17,523 bases of DNA. Source: Gemmatimonadota bacterium (GTDB taxonomy: Bacteria > Gemmatimonadota > Gemmatimonadetes > Longimicrobiales > Gaopeijiaceae). Below the pieces are notes generated by a model. That model was not told where the DNA came from. It worked only from the letters and a program-made list of their open reading frames with translations, and did not search any database. Shown one piece after another: positions 1 to 8,313 of this stretch; position 1 is the first letter of the stretch, and every line of letters begins with the position of its first letter. The DNA lies in contig JBDHHQ010000113.1 in the NCBI GenBank assembly GCA_039589315.1, positions 1 to 17,523 of the forward strand, given 5' to 3'. A program made the translations under genes and the position numbers.

Positions 1-1
1 T

Positions 2-109
2 GACATCACCAGCACCCGGCGGATCGACGCGGTCTATCTGAGGGGGCTCGCGGTGGACCGAAACGAGCTGGGCGCGAGGTTACGAGACGAGGCGGAGCAG
101 GCGCGGTAG
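2..109 (+). CDS. C-terminal end of a probable amidohydrolase-family protein (partial, runs in from the left edge)
   Basis: Frame 2 reads DITSTRRIDAVYLRGLAVDRNELGARLRDEAEQAR* with TAG at 107-109. This resembles the 'NPLEDIxNTRxIxAVxxRG' C-terminal strand of metal-dependent amidohydrolases. Confidence 0.65.
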   Translation, partial: DITSTRRIDAVYLRGLAVDRNELGARLRDEAEQAR

Positions 110-172
110 GTGAGGCCGGAACGCGAGGGGGGGACTCGAGGGCGCTTCCGTCGATGCCGGCAGCGGCTCCCG

Positions 173-1216
173 CTACCCCACCCTGAGCGGCGGCCCGTCG
201 CGGAGCGCTCGATCGAACGCCTCGAGCTCGCGTTGGGCGGCGACGACGGGCGAGTCCCCGCTGTCGAACACCGTTCTACCTCCAGCCATGCGGGCCAGCT
301 GCAATCGAGCCCGCTGCACATGGCTGGCGAGGAATTGCCGCTTGACGTTGCGGAAGCCAAAGAAGCGGTCGCCGTCCAACTCGGTGATGGGCGCATCGAA
401 CTCCTCGGCGAGTTGCCTGAGAGCCCGTTCAACTCCTGATCGACTGACCTTCCGCTTGCCGGCCCGACGCTGCAGGACCTGCACGGTGCGCTCGAGCGAG
501 ACGACACCCTTGCCCTTCAATGCTGTCTCGAAGACGTAGCCGAGCGCGTAGCGTCGCAGGGTGTCGGCATCCCTGAACCGGTAGCGCCCCGTGCGCCGGA
601 GTGCTCGGAGAATGCCGCGCCCGAATACGAAAACACCGACCACCGACGACGCGATGACGAGTCCGAGCGAGGCCGCCCCCACCTCTACACCCACCCACGG
701 GAGCGCGAGCAGGGGTGACGCCGACGCCAAGAGCCCGATGCCGCTCCCGATCAGCTCCAGGCCGGCTCGAAGCGGACGTTTCTTCGAACGGCGCATCGGA
801 TCTTCGCATCTGACCCACGCTGGACGCGGCTCGCGCACAGCGAAATCGCCGTGAACGCTGACCATGAGCTCGGGGAAGGCATAGACGACGTGCCCGTCCC
901 AGGAGGGGTGTGCCTCGCCTCCGTACAGCTCGACGAGGCGCTCCATCTCCTCTCGGGCCTCACACAGCGGTAGCCCGGTGTGCTCGATGAGCTCGGCCAT
1001 GCTGAGGACGCCCCCGCGGGCGCGGATCAGGCGCAGGGTCTTGCGGTCGAATCCGACGCTGCTGGTGCCCGATGGGAGACGGGACCTCCGGCGTAGAAGA
1101 GCCGGCGTATGGCGCCGTGGGCCTTCATCCGGAAGCGGCTGATGCTGTCGTTCGTCGAGCCGGTAGACGAGCACACCGGTTTCCGACACGGCCACCTGGG
1201 CGTGCTCGTCCGCCAT
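173..1216 (-). CDS. Hypothetical membrane protein with two winged-helix-like repeats flanking a TM hairpin
   Basis: The tracked ORF 173..1339 overlaps the upstream gene's stop, so the ATG at 1216 (MADEHAQ) is the more plausible start. Two hydrophobic segments (LIGSGIGLLASASPLLALPW, ASLGLVIASSVVGVFVF) lie between similar 'GV(L/V)S...L...(Y/F)...DG...F' blocks. Confidence 0.7.
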   Translation of the reverse strand: MADEHAQVAVSETGVLVYRLDERQHQPLPDEGPRRHTPALLRRRSRLPSGTSSVGFDRKTLRLIRARGGVLSMAELIEHTGLPLCEAREEMERLVELYGGEAHPSWDGHVVYAFPELMVSVHGDFAVREPRPAWVRCEDPMRRSKKRPLRAGLELIGSGIGLLASASPLLALPWVGVEVGAASLGLVIASSVVGVFVFGRGILRALRRTGRYRFRDADTLRRYALGYVFETALKGKGVVSLERTVQVLQRRAGKRKVSRSGVERALRQLAEEFDAPITELDGDRFFGFRNVKRQFLASHVQRARLQLARMAGGRTVFDSGDSPVVAAQRELEAFDRALRDGPPLRVG

Positions 1217-1328
1217 CAGGGGATACCACGACCATAAGCCCGAGACAGGCTGTTTATCCAGGCTCTTGAACGGCTCCGGGCACTCGCCGCCACTCTTGGG
1301 GCGCGCGCGGGCCCCCGTCCGCGCCCGC

Positions 1329-2840
1329 TCAACGCGCACGCTTCCCTGCGAACCCGTCCAGGGAGCTGGGCGCCTGGAGCATGGCCTCGACCTCGTCAGG
1401 CTCGACGGGGATCGACCGACTCACCCACTCGAATCCATCCTCGGTCACGATCACGTCGTCCTCGAATGCGACGCGAGGGCCGTCCGGCGGCGCCACGCCT
1501 TGCTCGATCGACAGCGCCATCCCGGGCTCGAGGGGGACCAGGTAGTCGCCCTCGTCGTGAACCTCCATGCCGATGAAGTGGCCGATCCCATACGTCCAGT
1601 ACTCGTCGAAGCCTCCGGCGTCAGCCAGCATCTGCTCGGCCAGGCGGTGGAGCTCCCACCAGGTCACGCCCGGTCGCACGTTTTCGATCACGGTCTTCTG
1701 GACGTCGAGCGCGACCTGGTAGAGCCTGCGCTGCTCCTCGTCGAAGGTGCCGTCGGCGGGCATGTTGCGCTGGATATCGGCGCTGAAGTGGTTGAACGCC
1801 GCGCCGGTGTCCGTATGCACCATGTCCGCCGCCTGAATCAGGTCCTGCCCGGAACGAGCCTGGTACTGGATGAAGCCTTCGGGAATGCTCTCCCGCGGTG
1901 GAGGCCCGTCGGGTGGGTATCGTCGCACCGAAGTCGGGAATCCCAGATACGCCCCGCGGTACCGGTACACGAAGTCCATGATCTCCATGACCTCGAGCTC
2001 CGTCATGCCGGGGCGGACGGCACGGAACGCTTCGACGATCCCCTCACCGGTGATCGCCACGGCCCTCCTGAGACTCGCGAGTGCGTACCCGTCCTGCAGC
2101 ATCCTCACCCGGTCGAGCACGTCGGCCGCATCGCGGAGCTCCATCTCAGGGCTGAAGCGACCGAAGCGGTCGAATGTCTCGAGCCGCTCCGGCTCGGGCA
2201 TGCCCAATCGAAAGAAACGCGGGTAGTTCAGGTATAGGACCTTGTCGTGCTCACCCCATGCCCGCGAAAGCGCCGCGGGCAACGGCCAGCGCCGAATCTG
2301 CGTGATGCGCCAGTCTCTGTAGTCGGTCATAGCAACCGACAGGTCCACTTCGAGCTGGGCGAAGGGACGGACGTCCTCGATGCCCGTAGCCTGGCGCGCC
2401 AGCGTGAGGTCCGGCTCCGACGTGTAGAGGACCTCGTAGTCGTGAGGCTGTCCCTCCGCATCTTGGCCGGGCAGCAGCAGCAGTGCGGACTCCACGCTCT
2501 GCAGACCATCGATGCCCGTCAGGTAGATGAAGTCGTGGTTGTCCGAGTGAGGCACCTGGAACTCCAGTCGGCGCGGCTGCACCCACTCCACGCTGAAGAC
2601 GAGCATGGCTCCGCCCGGCATGGCCTGCATGACTCGCTGGCGGCGCTTGTGGAAGACGTCGCGCAGGACCTCCGCGTCCGGGTCGTCCAGGTCGATCCGC
2701 TGTGAGAGAGCGTTCTCCGCGGTGAAGTCGTAGTCGAACGGCCGGAGCTCGGTCGCGGTCTGAGCCCTCGAGGGGCACGGCCAGGCACACGACAGCAGGG
2801 CGAAGGCAGCGAACCTGGGCCAATGGCACGAGCGCATCAT
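1329..2840 (-). CDS. Secreted M24B (Xaa-Pro aminopeptidase-like) metallopeptidase
   Basis: Pita-bread metal ligands are present in HTDTG..SADIQR, GHFIGMEVHD, SIEQG and FEDD. An N-terminal AMP_N-like segment reads DFIYLTG. ATG at 2840 has GAGG upstream and begins a signal-peptide-like N-terminus. Confidence 0.88.
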   Translation of the reverse strand: MMRSCHWPRFAAFALLSCAWPCPSRAQTATELRPFDYDFTAENALSQRIDLDDPDAEVLRDVFHKRRQRVMQAMPGGAMLVFSVEWVQPRRLEFQVPHSDNHDFIYLTGIDGLQSVESALLLLPGQDAEGQPHDYEVLYTSEPDLTLARQATGIEDVRPFAQLEVDLSVAMTDYRDWRITQIRRWPLPAALSRAWGEHDKVLYLNYPRFFRLGMPEPERLETFDRFGRFSPEMELRDAADVLDRVRMLQDGYALASLRRAVAITGEGIVEAFRAVRPGMTELEVMEIMDFVYRYRGAYLGFPTSVRRYPPDGPPPRESIPEGFIQYQARSGQDLIQAADMVHTDTGAAFNHFSADIQRNMPADGTFDEEQRRLYQVALDVQKTVIENVRPGVTWWELHRLAEQMLADAGGFDEYWTYGIGHFIGMEVHDEGDYLVPLEPGMALSIEQGVAPPDGPRVAFEDDVIVTEDGFEWVSRSIPVEPDEVEAMLQAPSSLDGFAGKRAR

Positions 2841-2878
2841 TGTGGAGACCTCAGTGAATGGGAGATTGGGGCACCGGC

Positions 2879-4584
2879 TCAATACCTCCAGCTGACCGTG
2901 TCAGCTCCCGAGGGCGCTGCCCTGCGGATCCGCTCCATGATCTGGGGTACGTACATCTGGTTGTAGCGGAGCCTCGAAAGGGCATTGGGGCGCTCATGAT
3001 CGCCGTTCCAGCAATGTCCGGCCCGGGGCTCGTAGTCCACCAGGCCACCGTAGTACGGGTCGGTCGTGCTCTCCAGGAACTCCTCCATCAGGTATACGGC
3101 GTTGTTGAGGTAGGAGTTGTCCATCTCGCCCACATATATGTGGATCTTGCCCTCCAACCGGGGACCGAGCTCGGCCCAGTCCCGCTCCAGGATGTAGCGA
3201 AGGTCGAAGTTCTCCCGCCAGTACTCGGCTACCTCCCGGTCGATGGCGCCCGTCTGCCGGTGCCACAGGTGCCTGGGATAGCCGTCGTCTCCCACCGGAC
3301 CGAAGAGGGTGGGCCAGATATCCCGCTGACCTCCGGACCGGCCCTTCGTGCCGAGTACGTGCTCCTTTCGCTGCACCTGCCGCAACGTCACCGTAACCTG
3401 ACCCAGCGTTGTCCGACTGCGCGGGCGCTCGATGCGCTTCCAGTCGCCGCTCAGCCAATATGCGTTGTCGTCTTCATAGATATTGACGAGAGCATATGCC
3501 CTGAAGTCGATGGGATCGGGGCAGGCTGCGAAGGCTCCATTATATTCGTCGGGATAGAATACCTGAACGGCCAGCGCCTCCCATCCGCCCGTGGAGCCGC
3601 CATAGAGAAATCTCGACCATCCCTCCCCGAGGCCTCGGAACTGTCCTTCGATATATGGAATGAGCTCATATGTGATGGCGTCACCGTACGGACCCATATT
3701 TGCTGAATTGACGGCATACGAATCGTCGAAATATGGCGTAGGGTGCTGTATCTCGATGATCAGCATCCGGGGGAAGTCCGGCCCCGTCCACTCCTGGTAG
3801 AACTCATAGGCGTGTTCCTGCTGGATGCGGTTGTAGCAGTCCAGGTCGAAGCGGGCGCTGTACTCGCACTCCAGGTCTGGATTGGGCGGCGTCTCGCGAA
3901 AGCCTCCGAAGTCGGCAGGGAAGTGGCCGTGGAAGACGGCCAGTGGATAGCGGGCTTCGGGGTGCTCGTCGAACCCCTGCGGGAGCAGGACGTGGGCGCC
4001 CAGGTAGGTCGGTCTGCCCCAGAACTCGCTGAGGAGCTCGCTCTGGATGCGCACGTGCTTGATGTACCGGGTGTCATCGGGTGGCCTGATGGGCGGGATC
4101 TCTCGATCCAGGGAGATCTCCACGGTAGCGTCGGCGCTCGCATCGAGCTGCATCCAAACCGGCTCGGAGTAGAGGTTACCCGGCTTCCGGCTCCACTGCT
4201 GTCCCTCGCCTTTGTCGGGAGGGAGCTTCAGAACGCGGCCGTCGAAGAGGTGGAACGTCTCGTACCGGTTGAGGAGCGCCTGCACCCGGTACCGGCCGGC
4301 CGGCAGCTCGGTGAGCGACCGAAGCGGGTAGCCGTCAGCCGAGGCGTCGATGGCCGCGCTCTCACCGGGCCCCAGACCGTCCACATCCACTCCGAACACG
4401 AGCTGGGTCTCGGGCCCGTTACCGATCTGGAAGCGAGGCTCAGCACGGTCGTTGGTGGAGATCAGGAGCAGCAGGCGGCCGTCCAGGGGCTCGGCGCTGC
4501 GCTCGTCCGGAAAGGAGACCGCGAAGCGAAGGCCTCCCGACGATGCTTCGTCCATACCGACCATGCCGACGAGGCGCGGCGCAT
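2879..4584 (-). CDS. Alpha/beta-hydrolase-fold (putative esterase) protein; 5' end apparently frameshifted
   Basis: Nucleophile elbow YGGSTGGW, plus HVLLPQGF..RYPL, YVGEMDNSYL and GHCW. The open frame starts at ATG 4564, but the RBS-backed ATG (GGGAG upstream) is at 4584, 20 nt away and out of frame. Confidence 0.75.
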
Positions 4585-4648
4585 GAGTTCACTCCCTGGG
4601 TGGGAAGAGGGTCGTTCGAACGTCGGGTCCCGCCTCACCGCCTGTCAA

Positions 4649-6324
4649 TCACCCGGAACCGCCACCGACCGCCGCCCCCGCCAGCGCCTCAAATACGATG
4701 GCAGTCGCCTCTTCCTGGATCTGCTTCAGGTGCCCGCGTCCGCGGAAGCTCTCCGCGTAGATCTTGTAGATGTCCTCGGTGCCCGAGGGCCGGGCCGCGA
4801 ACCACCCGTTCTTCCGTTCTTCGTGACCACCTTGAGCCCTCCGATAAGAGCGCCGTTGCCCGAGGCACGCGTCAGCTTGGCCACGATCGTCTCCCCGGCG
4901 AGCTCGTCGGCCTTGACCAGGTCGGGTGACAGGTTCTCGAGCGCGGCCTTCTCGGTGGCGGTGGCCGGCGCCTCCATCCGTTCGTAGACGGGACTGCCGA
5001 AACGCCCCTCCAGCTCCCGGTAGCGCTCGGCTGGGTCCTTCCCGGTCACCGCGGTGATCTCAGCCGCCAACAGGTCCAGGATGATGCCGTCCTTGTCGGT
5101 CGTCCACACGGTGCCGTCCATCCGTGCGAACGACGCGCCGGCGCTCTCTTCCCCGGCGAACGCGTAGCTGCCGTCAACGAGGCCGTCGACGAACCACTTG
5201 AAGCCCACGGGCACCTCCGCCAGCGCGCGCCCGAGCGCGGCGGCCACCCGATCGATCATCGAGCTGGATACGAGTGTCTTTCCGACTGCGACGTCCGGCC
5301 TCCACCCCGGCCGATGCGTGAACAGATAGTCGATCGCCACCGCCAGGTAGTGGTTGGGATTCAGGAGGCCCGCGTGTGCAGTCACGATGCCGTGCCGGTC
5401 GAAGTCCGGATCGTTGCCGAAGGCGATGTCGAACCGGTCCTTCAGGTCGATGAGCCCGGCCATTGCGTACGGCGAAGAGCAATCCATGCGGACCTTGCCG
5501 TCCCAATCGAGTCGCATGAACGAGAAGGTGGGGTCGACCCTACGGTTCACGACCTCGATGTCGAGACCGTACGTCTCGGCGATCGGCTCCCAGAACCCGA
5601 TCCCCGCGCCGCCCATGGGATCGGCACCGATGCGGAGCCCGGCGGAAGCGATGGCCTTCATGTCCACCACGTTGGCCAGGTCGGCGACGTACGGCCTGAC
5701 GTAGTCGTGCTCCAGCACGTTGCCGGACGACAGGGACTTGCGAAGGCTCCAGCGTCGGACGCCGTCCAGCCCACAGTCGAGCAATTCGTTTGCTCGCCTC
5801 TGGATCACCGCAGTCGTCGCCGAGTCCGCTGGACCGCCGCTCGTGGGGTTGTATTTGAAGCCACCGTCACCCGGAGGATTGTGGGACGGCGTGATCACCA
5901 CGCCGTCGGCTCGGTCGGTCGCTGTCGTCCGGTTGTGCGCGAGGATGGCATGGGAGATGACCGGCGTCGGCGTGTACCCCCGTCCGGACTGGATCAAGAC
6001 GTTCACACCGTTCGCCGCCAGCACCTCCAGTGCCGTGGTCATCGCCGCTTCCGAGAGGGCGTGGGTGTCCATGCCCAGGTAGAGCGGTCCAGCGATCCCT
6101 TTGTCGCGGCGGTCCTCGGCGATGGCCTGGGAGATGGCCAGGATGTGGTCTTCGTTGAATGACCCCTTCTCCGACGTGCCCCGGTGGCCCGAGGTGCCGA
6201 AGGACACTCGTTGCCCCGGGTCTTCAGGGTTCGGGGATTCGCTGTAGTACGCGGAGACCAGCCGGGGGATGTTCGTCAGCTCCTCCGGGGGAACGGGTTT
6301 CCCGGCTAGCTCGTGTATGGGCAT
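4649..6324 (-). pseudogene. pgm: Phosphoglucomutase (alpha-D-glucose-1,6-bisphosphate-dependent), frameshifted near the 3' end by an 8-bp duplication
   Basis: Motifs [16 protein letters not shown] (phosphoserine), DPDFDR (metal loop) and GEESAG. After LKVVTKNG the frame shifts; the conserved [20 protein letters not shown] continues in another frame to TGA at 4649-4651. Removing one copy of the repeat gives a 555-aa ORF. Confidence 0.92.
4806..4822. repeat. 8-bp tandem duplication (CCGTTCTT x2; AAGAACGG x2 on the coding strand)
   Basis: The + strand reads ccgttcttccgttcttc, exactly at the pgm frameshift. Confidence 0.95.
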
Positions 6325-6419
6325 GGGATTACGGGGCCAGGGTCAGGGGCGGGAGAAGCATCGACGGGCAAAGGCAGCGATGTCGGTGGCGGGTGAGGGT
6401 CGCGGGGTCTCCACTGCGT

Positions 6420-7535
6420 TCAGCTGACTCTGCGCGTCGTCACCGTCTGGAACACCCTCCAGAAGTTCCCACCCATGATCTTGCCAACGACCGCGTCGGA
6501 GTGACCGCGCCCAAACAGCTCCATGGCGACGGCTCTGAACTCGGCGTCGGTCCCGAACCCCTCTGAGTAGCTCCCCATGCCACGGAGATCGCTACCGATC
6601 CCCACGTGATCGGGGCCCGCTACCTCGATGACGTGCTCGATGTAGTCGACCATCTGGCTCACCGTCTCGGCGTCCGACCCGTTGGGCCAGATGCCCACGA
6701 CGCCTCCGTGCACCGCAAAGGCCCGAAGCTCCTCGTCGGTGAGCGCTCGATCCCGGTCGGGCTTGAACGCCTTGAGCCCGCCGTGGCTGAAGACGACCGG
6801 ATGCTGACTGACTTCCAGCACGTCCATGATCGTTTCGGTGTTCGCGTGTGCCAGATCGATGACGATGCCCAAGCGATTCGCCTCGCGCACGATCTCCCGA
6901 CCCGCCTCGGTCAGACCGCCCGGGGAGTAGGGATACGTCTGAATGTGTCCGAGCTCGTTCGCCCGGAAGTGCACGAGCTGCAGCAGTCCCAGACCCATGC
7001 GGTGGAGCTCCCGGAGATTCTCGACGTCGCCCTCCAGGCCGTCGCCACCCTCGAGCGCCGGAAGCAGCGCAACCCTGCCGGCCGCTCGGGCCGCCATGAC
7101 CGCGTCCGCGTCCCTGGCAAGGACGGCGTCCCCCGCCTCGACGGTGGCGAGGATCCGCTCCATGCGATCCAGCGTCAGCGCGAACGGCTCGCCGGGCTCC
7201 GGCCTGTACTGCCCGCGCGGGATCTCGGTCCCGTCCCGCTCGACATAGCCACCGGAGTAGGCCGCGTCCGTGCTGATATTCACGACCACCAGGTCCATGT
7301 GCGACCGACGGTACCGCTGCAGCTCCTCCAGCTCGATCCGCTCGACGTCGGAGCGGTGGAAGCGGCTTGCGTGTCCGTGCATGTCGCCGAACACGACGGT
7401 CTCGTGGATGCGGGCAATCCGCTCGTCGATGTCGGGAGGGATAATGGCCGAGCCATCTTGACCACTCAGGTCGGGTGCGGCGCCAGCCCAGACGGCCAGG
7501 GCCATGGCCAGCGTCCAGGGCATAGGTCTCTTCAT
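6420..7535 (-). CDS. Secreted membrane dipeptidase (peptidase M19, amidohydrolase fold)
   Basis: Motifs DMHGH, ALEGG, LVHFRANELG, IDLAH, FSHGG, HVGIGSD and KIMGGNFWRV. GGAGGA RBS lies upstream of the ATG, and the N-terminus looks like a signal peptide. Confidence 0.9.
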   Translation of the reverse strand: MKRPMPWTLAMALAVWAGAAPDLSGQDGSAIIPPDIDERIARIHETVVFGDMHGHASRFHRSDVERIELEELQRYRRSHMDLVVVNISTDAAYSGGYVERDGTEIPRGQYRPEPGEPFALTLDRMERILATVEAGDAVLARDADAVMAARAAGRVALLPALEGGDGLEGDVENLRELHRMGLGLLQLVHFRANELGHIQTYPYSPGGLTEAGREIVREANRLGIVIDLAHANTETIMDVLEVSQHPVVFSHGGLKAFKPDRDRALTDEELRAFAVHGGVVGIWPNGSDAETVSQMVDYIEHVIEVAGPDHVGIGSDLRGMGSYSEGFGTDAEFRAVAMELFGRGHSDAVVGKIMGGNFWRVFQTVTTRRVS

Positions 7536-7831
7536 TCGGGTCCTCCAGATCCGGTCTTCACCAGTCGAAAGGCCTGGACACCACGAGATAGCTCACCAGC
7601 ACCTGCCCAATGGCATGCTCGTGCAGACGCGGAAGTACTGGGAGAAACGACTCAAGGGCGATCCGGGGTGAGGAGAGGGACGGGGGCAAGATGACCTCCG
7701 GGTCACCGCCGGATCAAGGTTGGCGGAGGATGTCCAGGGCCGAGCTGGTCGGCAACAGGCCGGGAAGCGATCCGCTACCGGCCGACTACACGATCGACCG
7801 GTACCACCGGACGTGTAGGACGGCGCACGCC

Positions 7832-7865
7832 CGCAACTGTGCTGCGCTGTCGCAACGTCAGCGAC
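7832..7865. promoter_or_regulatory. Candidate upstream activator sites for a sigma-54 enhancer-binding protein
   Basis: Two adjacent dyads, CGCA-N7-TGCG (7832-7846) and GTCGC-N7-GCGAC (7849-7865), both contain CGCAAC. They sit about 90-120 bp upstream of the -24 element. Confidence 0.35.
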
Positions 7866-7954
7866 TTGGGGTACCCCTTGTCTTGCCGTTGGGATCTCCC
7901 GGCGTGCCTTCCGCTTACGCGTCGCGGCCCAATCGCTCACAGCACAGAAACCTC

Positions 7955-7970
7955 TGGCATCCATATTGCT
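7955..7970 (+). promoter_or_regulatory. Sigma-54 (RpoN) -24/-12 promoter for the Flp pilin
   Basis: TGGCAT-CCATA-TTGCT matches TGGCAY-N5-TTGCW with exact GG-N10-GC spacing, about 90 bp before the pilin ATG. Confidence 0.8.
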
Positions 7971-8062
7971 CCCGACCGTATCATGCGTATCGAGGGTCCT
8001 TCCCGGGCGAGACCCCCCCGCACCGCTCGCCTCCGTATCTCCAGCAGTCGCCGAGGGCCGAC

Positions 8063-8272
8063 ATGCTCGAGCTGTTGAGGCGCCTCCAGTCCGATGCGGC
8101 AGGTCAGGGGCTCGTCGAGTATGTCCTCATCATCGCGTTGGTCGCGGTCGCCCTGATCGCGATGCTCATCGTGTTTCGGGACGCGGTGGCCAAGGTCTTC
8201 GGCATGGTCTCGGACACGCTGAACGAGACGCCCATCTGCGGTCAGAAGGGTCAGTCCCACAAGTGCTTCTAG
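8063..8272 (+). CDS. flp: Flp/Fap family pilin (Tad-type), 69 aa
   Basis: MLELLRRLQSDAAG|QGLVEYVLIIALVAVALIAMLIVF has a short leader, the G-x4-E-Y Flp motif and a hydrophobic helix. A GAGGG RBS precedes ATG 8063. It is the 3' part of tracked ORF 7610..8272. Confidence 0.9.
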   Translation: MLELLRRLQSDAAGQGLVEYVLIIALVAVALIAMLIVFRDAVAKVFGMVSDTLNETPICGQKGQSHKCF

Positions 8273-8313
8273 GATCGCGGGCAAGACCTGCGGACGGCTA
8301 GTCCGGAAAGCGA

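Noticed and set aside
7611..7625. Second sigma-54-like motif TGGCATGCTCGTGCA
   Set aside because: Spacing is GG-N9-GC, but RpoN requires N10.
1266..7694. Long antisense ORFs (1266..2237, 2858..3706, 3743..4987, 5314..6162, 6606..7694; likewise 9085..10044, 10183..11109, 13810..14877)
   Set aside because: They are shadow frames opposite well-supported genes in high-GC DNA and carry no recognisable motifs.
7610..8062. N-terminal 151-aa extension of the flp ORF (tracked 7610..8272)
   Set aside because: It runs through the sigma-54 promoter, and the RBS and prepilin leader fit ATG 8063.
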